Assembly: GCA_002245135.1 (NCBI GenBank)
Contig: NGBS01001163.1
Location: 186,001-250,000, forward strand
Reading direction: 5' to 3'
From: Proteromonas lacertae
Taxonomy: Eukaryota
Length of the DNA stretch: 64,000 nt
In this document: in pieces, positions 26,701 to 38,820 of the stretch
How the letters are laid out: each line of letters starts with the position of its first letter
Numbering within the stretch: the stretch's first letter is position 1
Made by a program: the position numbers and the translations under genes
Notes under the pieces: generated by a model
What the model saw: the letters and a program-made list of their open reading frames with translations, nothing else
Database searches by the model: none
Told to the model about the DNA's origin: nothing

Positions 26701-29082
26701 CCATGTTGACTAAATTAACATTGGATAATCCAGATGATGTAAAGGAAGGATTTGATGAATTAATGGCTTTAGAAATGACTGAACAAATACAGAACTTCTT
26801 ATATATGTTAGGTGGAATAGATTTGTTCATCCAATATTTAACGATTTCTGAAGAAGATTTTTCGTTTTATTTACAAGCAAGTCAACTATTATCCAGAGTA
26901 ACACACAAGAATTATCATAATCAACAAATATTAGGTGAATTAGAAGGCATTCCAGCATTATTAAAGCTTCTTGAGAAATATGATAATAATGAATTGATGA
27001 TGGCAGTTTGTGAAACAATAAAGAATGCAATAATGCAAGAAGCAAATGCTATTCTATTCGTCAATGGCGATGGTTTAGAGAAAATCCTAAAATTAATGGA
27101 TAAGACAGAGAATATTGATATTTTGTGTTTAATATTGAAAATATTGAATAATTTAGCAACCAATGATGATATTGAGAAGATAGTAGTGACGATGGGTGGA
27201 ATTAGTGCAACTTTCCATTGCTTTGAGTTTAAGAATCACGAATTGAATAAAGTGTGTTGTCTAGTATTATCAAATTTTGTGTTAAATAGTATATAATATT
27301 GTTTTTTACATTAATAGGAGCAAACTTTTCTTTTTTCATCCATGAGAATGCATTAAATACATTATTTGACTTTTTAAATGACAAAGAATCAGAAGATCTT
27401 TATGAACCAATATATGCCATTCTTAGCGAATTATCTCAGAAAGAAGAATCATTCGATTTATTCATTCAAAATGATTGTACAAAGATTATATTAGATCAAC
27501 TAAAAGAAAAACTGGAGAATAATGTAGTTGATGATGATACAACTATTCTAAATAGTTGTATAAAGATATTATGGGGATTGAGTGTAAGAAGTATAAATTA
27601 TTTACTCTAATTATTATTATTTTATAGCTGATCAAAAAGAGTATATCTTACAGAATGGAGTAGAGACATTATTGAGATTAACCAAATCAAACAATGAAGA
27701 AGTAGTTATGAATATATTAGGTATAATAACCAATATATCTGAATCAAACGTATGTATTCGTGATTTAGCGAAAACAAATTGTTTAGAAATTGTTATTCCA
27801 TTGTTTGATACTAGCAATTGTGATTTATTAACAAGGTTATGTGAAACATGTTATAATTTGACATTTAAATGTATATATAATAATATCTTATTCTTCATAG
27901 TAACAAATAAGATTATGTTTGGTGATTTAGGTGGTATTGGAAAACTATTAAAATGTGTTACATCCCATAGTTATGATCTTATGGCAAAGTGTTTATTACT
28001 TTTATACAACATTTCATTCATTGAGAAAAATAATGAGGAGATAGTGGAAGAATCAATTCTTAATGCACTTGTTTCTAATATAATCAATATCACCAATCCA
28101 GATATTCAAAGAGGTATTGCAAGAGTGTTATGTAATTTATCGTACAAAGATGAAGAAAGAGAAATAATTGTAAAGAATGGAGGATTAAAGAAGTTGTTGC
28201 AATTATTAGATGATGAAAATCTTGATACTGTTACTTATTGCTCGAAAGTGTTATGGAATTTAACAGCAAAAGGTAAATATCGAGATGAAATAATCAATTC
28301 AGATGGTGTTCAAATGTTATTACAGAAAATATACGTTGATGATACAAAAGTAAAGACATTTGTGTTTGGTGTATTGTATAATATTACAATGAAAAGTATA
28401 TATTTATATTTAAAGATCTTTTATTTTTATTTTTCTTAATAGAGAATTATGATAATAAATATTTCTGTAATGATGACTTAATAAAAGAAGTAATGAGTAA
28501 CTTGTTATTGAACGATTTAGAGTTAAACATCTACACATGTGCATTTATAAAGAATCTGACATTCAATAAAGATAATCAACCATTAATCATCAATAATAAT
28601 GGTTTACAGTTAATAATGTCATGTTTAACCTCTGAAGATGTAACGTTGAGATTACAAGCTGTTAGTTGTCTTAGAAACTTAGCTTGTAATGAAGAATATA
28701 GACATAAAATCAGTGAGAAAGATGCTGTTCATTATTTATTAAGTTGTATGAATATTAATCATCCAAGGTTATTATCTCAAGTTTTGGGTTGTTTGAAGAA
28801 TCTATCTGTTTCAATTGAGAATAGAGTTGTTATTGGTGAGAATAATATTGAAAGATTTTTGCATTTCTTGAAGTACAAAGATCCTCATATTGTGATAAAC
28901 GCTTGTGATTTGCTGTTTAATTTGGCAATTAGATGTATAAATTCATTTTTTACTTATAATTTATAGATCGAAGACGAATCCTTAGTGGTATTAATAAAGA
29001 TGTTCAAAAGTCAATCAATAAGCTTGATGATAGAGTTAAGAAATCTTTTGAAGATCTATTAATAAGATTAAATAATATATAA
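23791..29082 (+). CDS. Armadillo-repeat protein with long acidic repetitive N-terminus
   Basis: ~900 aa E/S/D-rich region then ARM repeats (LGGIGKLL, GGLKKLLQLL, AVSCLRNLA); six introns join ORFs in frame. Confidence 0.85.
24930..25703 (+). repeat. Near-perfect 327-bp direct repeat, period 447 nt, within coding sequence
   Basis: 24930-25256 matches 25377-25703 with two substitutions that I could see; in frame (149-aa period). Confidence 0.9.
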
Positions 29083-29124
29083 TTTAACTCGTTTTTATTA
29101 CTACTACTGATTTTTGGGGTTATT

Positions 29125-29132
29125 TGTTTGTT
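29125..29132 (+). promoter_or_regulatory. TGTTTGTT candidate polyadenylation-associated element (also 3383-3390 on +, 34161-34168 on -)
   Basis: Exact octamer 37-55 nt downstream of three stop codons on the coding strand; matches the motif described next to Blastocystis poly(A) sites. Confidence 0.55.
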
Positions 29133-29216
29133 ATTTCATATGTACAATGAGAAATGTTATTTTTACTAAACCGTTTTTTTCCAAACTTAACTCGACAGTT
29201 TTTTTATTTTTTAGGA

Positions 29217-32200
29217 ATGGATAATGAAACTGAACTTCCATTGGGTATAAATAATGTTTAATTAAATATAGATCCTCCAGATTCCACAAATAAAAATTCA
29301 CCAAATATGAAATTAATGGAGATAGGCTATGAATACATGGGTATATTCCTATAATATCATAAAATAGCTAATGGTGATTATAATAATGCTGTAAGATATT
29401 TACAATATGCAGCAGATAGTGAGACAGCTTATAATGCAGAGAATCCAGCAGGTAGGATATCAGTCAAATATATTGTAATAGAAGGTGATATGTATAGAAA
29501 ATTAGCAGAATGCTACTGGAATCTATTCTGTGACACAAATAATCTCTGTTATTTGGAGAAATGTAGAGATACATATGGTAAAGCATTAAGATATGTAGAG
29601 AATGCAGGAAATCCAACTGTATTACACAAATTTAGTCAAGTTTATTATGAATATGGTAGTTATGATGTTGCATTAGAAATGCTCAACACTTTAATCACAA
29701 GATATACCTCCTATAGATATTTATCATCTGTAATATTCCTAGCAGCTGTTATATTAGGTCATTTAAAGGAATATAAGAAAGCTGTGATATATATAAAGAA
29801 AATATTAGAAGAAGAAAATACCTATCCTGAAAAGTATAAAATCTAATTGTTAGTTATTATTCGAATAGTTTGACTGCTAGAGATATTTATTTAATGTATG
29901 GTTATTTTTTAGAAACTGATAAAAATGAAGAAGAAAGTAAAGCAATTTATCAAAAAGCATTTGAACAATTGCCATCCAATGAAAAAGAGACATATTCTGA
30001 TGATTATAATCAATGGTTAAATGATAAAAAGATGTGGTCAAATGAAGGTGATATATTCCATAACTTAAGATATTATACAATCTCTACAATATGCTATAGA
30101 AAGACAGTTGCTGGCTTGACTGATTCAGGAGAATCAACAACTCCAGATTATGATAATTACTGTAAATTAGGAATTGCTGCTGTTAAATCATATCAACCAG
30201 CAATAGTCCAAGAGTATATATATATTGTCAAATATTATTATTATATAGGTGTTTAACACAGTGTATTGAAAGAGATGAGAAATACGAAGAATTGCAATCA
30301 TTAACTGATATTTATTCAAATCCTCCAACAGTTGAAGTAATCAGATTAAATGCAGACGAATTGGCTGTAGTAGATATTTATGAAGATAAAACAGAAGCAA
30401 CAGTTAAAGAGGAAGGAAATAAAGATGATGATGAAGAAGAAGAAAGAAAGAAAGAAGAAGAAGAAAAGGCAGAAAGTAATGAAGAAACTGCTGTAGAAGC
30501 AACAGAAGAAGGAGATGAAGAAGAGAAAGAGGAAAAAGCTGGAGAAGGTGAGAATAAAGAAGAAGGAAATAAAGAACAAACTAATGAACAACCATCAGAA
30601 GAAGGAGAAAGAAATGAAGTAGGGAATGAAGAAGAAAGTAATCAAGATGAACCACCACCTGTTATAGAAAAATCTACTACACCTGTTGATCCAGATTATG
30701 AATTAACAGAATTACTCAGTTTCTTAGGAGCTGAAAGCAATTATGATTTAGTGTTAATATCTTGTGAAACATTAAAGAACTTATTATTTGATGATGATAA
30801 TGCACTGTTGTTTATGAGAAAGTGTGGTTTTGAATTATTAGTAACTTTATTAGATATATATATCCATAAGGATGTATTTGTTGAATTAGCAGTAAGAATT
30901 GTAGAACAGTTATGTACAAATGAAACAGATCATTCATATTTCCACACTGATACTAATATAAGATTGTTATTACATCTATTAACAATACAAGCATTTGAAC
31001 CAATTTATGAATATATTTATATCATTTTAGCTGCTGCTTCATCTTCAGATGATGAAAAGTTTTTGTTTAATGAAAGTAATTGTGTGAAGATAATAATGAA
31101 TTTTATGTATAATATACTAAAGAATCATAAGATTGAAGATTACAGAATGTTAGAAAGTTGTACTAGAATATTACACAATCTAAGTAAAGAAGAATCGCAA
31201 AGGAAGTGCATATTTGAAAATAAAGAATGTTTGAATATATTACTAACTGTTCTTGATACTGATAATATCAATATTATTAGAGATGGTTTAGGATTATTAT
31301 ATAATCTCACATCTGATTGTATATATTTTTTATCTTATATATATTGTTATAGCTAAATATGTAACTGATATTTCAAGATCAAATTGTATTGAGATTATTA
31401 TACCAATCTTTAAATACAATGAAGAGGATATATTAATAACATTATGTCAAGTTTGTTGTAACTTAACAACAAGAGCCAATTCTAAAATGATATTTGGAGA
31501 TTTAGGAGGTATAGTGTATTTAGAAAAGTGTTTAAAATCTGATAATATCGAATTGCAAATTAAAGCAGCACAATTATTATCAAATGTCTCTGTAATAGTG
31601 AAGAATAAGAATATTATAATGTCAGTTCCAACATTGTATTCAGTCATATTAACTGATTTACATCATGAAAATGAAGAATTGAAAATGATTATGTTCAAAG
31701 TAATCTGTAATCTCTCATCATCTCGTATATATATATTAATTTAATAATGAATAGAAGAACAACAGTCCAAAATAGATCAAAGCACAATGATTCAAACAAT
31801 ATTTGATACATTATCAGAAGAGAATCTAAAGTTGGATATTTATCTCTTTAGAATATTGTGGAATTTAACAGCATATGGAAATAGCAAATTAAATCAAGAG
31901 GAAATTATGAAAAGAGATGGAATTACTATACTGTTAATATATTTAGAAAAAGATGATATTAAACTAAAGACCTTTATATTGGGCGTATTGTACAATTTAA
32001 CAAATCAAAAGAACTTTGATGATTCATATTACACTGATGGTATTATCAAAGAGATATTGAGTTATTTGGCTATTGAGAATGTTGAATTAAATATATATGC
32101 ATCTGCTTTATTAAAGAATTTCTGTAGAGTGAAAGTACTTCAAAGTAGAATTGTTAAGAATGAAGGAATTGGTTTGATAATTACCTGTTTAACAAGAGAT

Positions 32201-33277
32201 GATAAATCATTGAAAGTACAATGTGCAAGTTGTTTAAGAAGTTTGGCTTGTAATGATGATTATAGAAAATTGATTGGTGATTTAGATGGTGTGAAAATAT
32301 TGATGAAAAATCTATCCGTTGATGATTATAAATTACAATATCAAATATTAGGAGCATTGAAGAACTTAGCTGTTTTAGGTGAAAATAGACATTTAATGGG
32401 ATTACAAGATGGTATAGAAATAATAATCGAATTTATAAAGAGTAAAGATAGTAATGTTGTAAAGAATGCATGTGATTTATTATATAATTTAGCCATAAGA
32501 TACAGAAGACGTATAACTGAAGATTTAGGTAATGATCAAGAAGGAATAGATAAGTCAATAAAAAAAGTGAATAGTAAAGCAAAACAATCCTATGAGGATT
32601 TAGTGAAAAGAATCCAGACTGACTCAGTGAATGATATGATTGCTTTCCATGAATCGCAAATCAATTTCCAATCATCACAGTTAACAACATTCTCTGAGAA
32701 CTTTGAAGATGAAAATGATAATAATAAAGATGCATTTATTTACTCTGCCACATCTGAAGATTCAAATAAAGAGAATAATAATGCAATAACAAACAGTGAA
32801 ACAATGAGAATAGAAACAATTCATGAAAGTCCTGAGGATATTGAGAATAATAATGAAGTTGAAGAAGTCGAAATAAAAGAAAAAGAAGAAGAAGAAGAAA
32901 CAAATCAACCAACACAAGAAGAAGTAGAAACACATTTAGAACCAGTGCAAGAGGAATTGGATGATAAGTTAACAGCTGTTACTGAAGAAGAATCAGCTGA
33001 TGAAAAACTAAAAGAAGTCGAACAACAACAACAACAACAACAAATAGAACAACCTTCAGTAATAGAAGAAGAGCCAGAAGAAGAAAAAACAAATGAAGAT
33101 GAAGAAGAAGTAAATGAAGTTAGTGAAGGAGTTGAAGAAGATAAAAAGAAAGAAGAATCTGAGCAAACTCTAGATGAAGTTGAAGAATCTCAAAATGAAA
33201 ATGTAACAACAACAAAAGAAGAAGTAGAAAGAGAAGCAACACCAGTAGAAGATGTAGTTGAAGATTTTGAAGAGTAA
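29217..33277 (+). CDS. TPR + armadillo-repeat protein, tandem paralog of the upstream ARM gene
   Basis: TPR-like N-terminal exons, acidic linker, ARM repeats collinear with upstream gene (FGDLGGI, SCLRxLACN, NACDLLxNLAIRYRRRI), acidic tail; seven introns. Confidence 0.85.
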
Positions 33278-33406
33278 ATATTTCTTTAATTGAGACTATA
33301 TGAACAATAATTTAACTATTATTATTATTTGATGTATAAAGGGTAAATATATACAAAGAGAACATATAAACTAAATCTATCTGTTATATTAATTAAATTA
33401 TCGAAT

Positions 33407-34097
33407 TTAGGATGATAAAGGCACTTTTTCTTGTATTAATTGAAATAATTCATCAATACCCGTCCCAGTATATGCATTTGTCTCCACTACAACATACTGT
33501 GAAGAATCACTAAAGAATATCTGTTATATAAAAGAATACAGCTTATTAATATGCAAAGATTCAATCAATTCATCTTTATCTTCATCTTCTTGTTCTGTCT
33601 TTTGAATCTATTAAAGAAATTATTCAAAATTAAATAAAAATGATATATTCAAAACAACTACGAATGGTATCTTCTTTTTCACAACCACTATATTGTAATT
33701 AAGTATTTTATATTCTATAATATACCTTCTCTAATTTCTTTCAACTCAGAAACAGCAGATCCTATCCTACTTCTGTCTGTTCTATCAACAACATATACTA
33801 AACATTGAATTGAATCGTAAAATATCTTCCACATACACCTATATCTTCCTGCTCCACTCATGTCATATATTTTGAATAATCTATTAAATTTATTCAATTC
33901 TACATAATGCATTCCAACTGTTGGATGTGTGTAATAATCTCTTTCATCGGTTCCAGGTGCTGCAACCTAAAGAATAAAGAGATTCATACAACTGATGGTT
34001 GTAACGCTCCTGCTTTATTTATAAGTAGAGTTTTGCCACTATTATCTAATCCAATGAACATTGTCTTTATTCCTGGATCTACTGTCTTGGAAAACAT
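33407..34097 (-). CDS. ARL6: ARL6/BBS3-like Arf-family small GTPase
   Basis: GLDNSGKT, PTVG, IYDMSGAGRYRCMW (ARL6-type DMSG), YVVDRTDRSR, IPFVVVLN, TNAYTGTGI; four introns, one non-canonical. Confidence 0.75.
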
Positions 34098-34204
34098 TTT
34101 TGAAAATTTGAAAATCAAACCTAAAAGCTTGAATAATTATTAAAAATGAAATATAATTCCAACAAACATATCTACAATAAAATAAAGTATTTAATTTGTT
34201 TAGA

Positions 34205-35957
34205 TTATTCCAAATATCTATATACAAACTTTGAATTTTTGTAAATGCACTGAATTCTAGATTTGTTTCTGTTGAAAACATCACTTTTATTCTCATAGTA
34301 GTTCATATACTGTTGGTTAACTTCATAATTGCAGTACATTTCCCATAAAACTTCATCATCACTGAGTATACCATTATTATAAACAACATTAGTATAAACA
34401 CTACACAATTTCTTAAATGAATCATTGGACAATAAACCATCAATTTTCATAGTAGATTCATTATTCTCACTACTCAATTTAGATATTTGAGAAGGTTTTA
34501 ATCTATGACAAACACTTTGAAGAAAAGGTTTAGATGAATAGAGCAAAGGCAAATCATTCACATTCATCAATGAATCAAAATGCAAATTAGATAACAAATA
34601 ATGAATCAATCCTTGAATAGACTGAGTATCTTTAATAATCATAATTGAATCATTTGATATAATTGTATTCATTATATTATTACTTCCATAAAACCTTGAT
34701 GATGATGATGTAGAGGATGATAATGAAGAAGCTGTGGTTAATAAATTATTATTATTATTTATAGCAATATCATTGGATTTATTACTACTACTCATACTTG
34801 TAGTTTTGATTAATTTGGGGAACTTTTGACTAAATCTTTCATATTCTTCTAAATCATCTCCACTCAATTCATCATTACTGTTATTATTAGTGTTATGGTT
34901 ATTATTATTGTGGAATGGTTCAATAAATATAATGTTTAATGCTTTTAACTGTTTCTTCATCTGAGAAGTACAATTTGAGAATATTACCATTTGTTTGTTA
35001 TTATCTTTGACAAATTCAATAACAAAATTGGAGTAAAGAATGTAAAATTGAGTGTTGATAAATTGTCTGAAATTATCATACAGTGAAACTAATCCTTCTT
35101 TCCATTCATAACGCCTTGTGTTTAATATTGAATTTGCATCTATCAATAATATAAATATGATTTTATACTTCCACTAAACTGCTTTATTTTATTATACTCT
35201 TCATCACTAATTCTGCTATTTGGATATATGTAATAGGTTAATGAATTGATATAATTCATTCTATCCTTTGATAATGCTAATTCATTACTAGTGCTTATAC
35301 AACAACAATGTGACATTAATATTACAATTGGATCCAACTTAAATTTTGAGATTATTCTAACAGAATTTAATAATCTTCTATCTTTTTGGACTTCATTATA
35401 TTCTTTATACTTTGGGATATAAATTGGACTTTGAATAGATAATATTGACGTATTTGGACTATTCATACTACATATTGAAGAACGATGAGTTGATGAAGTT
35501 GGAGATGTAATTGTAGACACTGTTGGTGAATTTAGTGAAGATCTTGATGAAGACTTTGATAATAGTCTTTTTGAGAATGATTCAACAATACCAGAGAAGT
35601 TAATTGGTTGGGAAGATTGTTGAGATTTGTGTTGCTTAAGATTAGAGTCTTCTGGAGTGTATGTAGGAAAAGGTGACTCGAAACTATAACAATAAACAAC
35701 TTTAACATACTATGAATCACTCTTTGGAGTAATAGGAGTAATAGGAGTTGATTGTGAGTCATATGCGTTAGAGGACAATCCAGATGCTGTTTCATATAGT
35801 GATACAAATAGATACAAAACAATTGTTGAGAACTCTTAACTGTATTCACAAGAGATATTCTTTTGTATAATTTCTATTGAATTAATATATAATATTAAAA
35901 TACTAGTGTTCCAATAGGTGAAGCCTTTCTTTTGACTGCAACTACATTAAGAGACAT
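34205..35957 (-). CDS. DONSON: Downstream neighbor of Son (DONSON)-like replication factor
   Basis: SLTYYIYP, EWKEGLVSLY..FYILYSNFVIEF, DLPLLYSSKPFL; four introns give a continuous frame from MSLNVVAVKRK. Confidence 0.7.
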
Positions 35958-35999
35958 GCTTAAAATAAAGGAATTAAAAAATGGCGCGAATAATCTCCT

Positions 36000-36018
36000 T
36001 CAAGCCAAAAGTCAAGCC
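36000..36018. promoter_or_regulatory. Tandem TCAAGCC candidate core-promoter motif (representative of more than 10 instances in the window)
   Basis: Two copies 43-61 bp upstream of the DONSON ATG; same motif upstream of many other starts (see findings). Confidence 0.55.
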
Positions 36019-36422
36019 ATTTTTAAATTATCTCCTTAAGAAAGAACTATAGTAAATAAATAATATTAATTTTATTTAGTATACTACTCATCATAATCAA
36101 AAATGGCATAAAATTGAAATACTTATTTAATCGGCAATTGAAGATGTTAAAGCATATAAAAATAATATCTATCTGTTTAATAAGCAATTTTACATTAATA
36201 TGCCCTATATGCATTACAAAAATAAAAAACAGATTTTGAATCAACACACAGAATCACACTATATACATCTGATTCTCAATCATAGGTGGTAATTTATTCT
36301 TTCCCATAATTTGAATCACTAATTAATCACTCTATCATAGTAAACTCAGAATATATGTTCAGTTATCACAACCTCTTGATTTGACTCGAACTTTACATCA
36401 TCATTTCTAGAACTTTTATATA

Positions 36423-37184
36423 ATGGTATAATTTTTTGACTTTCTTCATTTCATTTCTTCTAATTCTATTAAAAATGCATTCTATTATTAATAGTCTATC
36501 CCAGAATTCAAATTGGTACTTATTGGTGATGGTGGTGTAGGTAAAACAACTTTCGTCAAAAGACATTTAACAGGTGAATTCGAAAAGAAATACGTTGGTA
36601 TAAAATAATCGCATTTATTGTATAGCTACAATGGGAGCTGAAGTTCATCCTTTAAAATTTTCTACAACTCATGGACCTATAGTATTTAATGTCTGGGATA
36701 CCGCCGGACAAGAAAAATTCCAAGGCTTACGAGAAGGCTACTATATTGGAGCTCATTGTGGTATTTTGATGTTTGACCTTACATCCAGAGTTACATACAG
36801 CAATGTACCAAAGTGGCACAGAGATCTTGTACGTGTTTGTGAAGGTATTCCAATTGTTTTAGTTGGCAATAAAGTATATTCTTTCTATTTTTAATGGTAT
36901 AGGCTGATGTAAGAGATAGAAAACTTAAGCCAAGTGATATTAAATTCCACAGAAGAAGAAACCTTCAATATTATGATATTTCTGCAAAAAGCAATTATAA
37001 TTTCGAAAAACCATTCTTATGGTTAGCCCAAAAACTTAGTCATGATAATACATTACAATTTAAAGAAGATCAAGCATTAGCACCACCAGAAGTACAGATT
37101 GACATGAAAGCACAAAGTGAAATCGAGAAAATCTACAATACAACAGCTACTGTTCCACTTCCAGAAGATGATGATGATTTGTAA
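36423..37184 (+). CDS. RAN: GTP-binding nuclear protein Ran
   Basis: [57 protein letters not shown], acidic EDDDDL end; first exon is only ATG. Confidence 0.97.
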
Positions 37185-37288
37185 TTTTGAAATTATTTTC
37201 TTTTTTGTATATTTTTTGTGTGTTTAGACACCCCCAAAACTGGTGTTCGAACTATTTTCAAAAAGATTTTGAGTTTTTTCAAAACGAA

Positions 37289-37560
37289 ATGAGTGATTAT
37301 GTACAGGCCGGTTACTTAGGTAAGGTTGTTCTACATGAATCATGTTTTCCAGAGACCAAGAATCCTGAAATAGGTGAGAGCGGAGCTATTTGTAGTGATG
37401 GTTGTACTATACAGACCAATACTGGATTACAGTTTGCCAAGTATAATTTATTTTTATTGTGTATGATAGCACTCTCGAATTCGTTAGAGCTCAGTATACT
37501 GTTTCGGATCTCCCTTCTATTCCTCGTATGGGTTCAGGTTTCGTCTACTTTCAAAAATAA
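37289..37560 (+). CDS. 80-aa protein, possible stand-alone RAMA-like domain
   Basis: Exons 37289-37440 and 37470-37560; MSDYVQAGYL..GAICSDGCTIQTNTGLQFANTLEFV..MGSGFVYFQK. Confidence 0.5.
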
Positions 37561-37680
37561 AAATATGGATATCGTTATATATCAGAATGTACATCTAATT
37601 ATTTATTCTATTTTCTTTATGTATTCCTAATGTGTTTATATTGGGTAAAACAAAAATACATATATAATCAAATAATTATT

Positions 37681-38717
37681 TTATGATTTGTGTTCTTCTA
37701 TCCATTTTTCTGAAGATTCCCACAATGATTTTTCCAACACAGAGGTACAGATTGGTGATGGATTAGCTTTGCAATGTCCAGCAAATACACTGTAAGTGTC
37801 AAACACATTATCATAACCACTAATAGGAATTAATGTTGTGGTAATATATTCACCTCCTTGAATATCATCAGCTACTGCAGCATATACAGAGCTACGACAT
37901 CCTTGTTTAGTACTCAAAAACATCATTTTAAACAACATTTTATAAAAGAATGACCATCTTCTCCATATATTACTGTTCACTGGTCCAGGATTAACAGCAA
38001 CAGCTTTAATATCACCACCACTACCTTCTTCTTGAGCTAATCTCCTATTTAATTCCCTTGCAAAGCAACACATTGCCAGTTTTGTTTCAGCATAACAATC
38101 TTTTAATTCTGCATGAGCTGCTTGATCAAATAAACCTTTTGCATTACGATGAGCTACTGAGGAGAGACAGACGATACGACCTACTTTGGATTGCTTTATT
38201 AATGGTAATAATTCTTTAGTTAGAAGAAAATGACTCTAATGAATGTATAAATATAAAAAGAATACTAAATAGTTGACTTTGAATGCTACTGAATAACCTT
38301 CCTTATCTGCATTTGTACCTTTCATGGCTGTTCCTGCATTGCAGATTAGAATGTTCAATTTACCAACTTTTTCTTTATAATTTAAGACAAAAGAATGTAC
38401 TGAACTGAATTCTTGTAAATTAAGTTCCATTGCACTATATTAATTACAAAAATCTATTAATACTCTATTGATCCACCTTTATCATTGATATCCTTTGTCA
38501 ATTCATCTACTACAGTTTTAGCACTGTCCATATTTCTACAACCAATTGTTACATGGATCCCCTTCTTTACGAGAGCTCTAGCGGTTTCTTTACCAATTCC
38601 AGAATTAGCTCCTGTTACTATTGCATAACTACCTTTTACCCATTCTGCTGTTTCATATTTCTATAATATAAATGCAATTAAAATCAATAATACCTTCTCA
38701 CAATTACAGCAATTCAT
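37681..38717 (-). CDS. Short-chain dehydrogenase/reductase (retinol dehydrogenase-like)
   Basis: AIVTGANSGIGKETA, LICNAG, VNYL, RIVCLSSVAH, YAETKLAM, VNPGPVNSNI. Confidence 0.9.
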
Positions 38718-38820
38718 TTTTTTTTAAAATGATTTAAGTTTGGCTTGTGAAATTCGAACTTCCTTTTAAAAAGAAATTCTGAATATTTAATTATTCCACT
38801 GCTGTATTGCATTATTAAAG

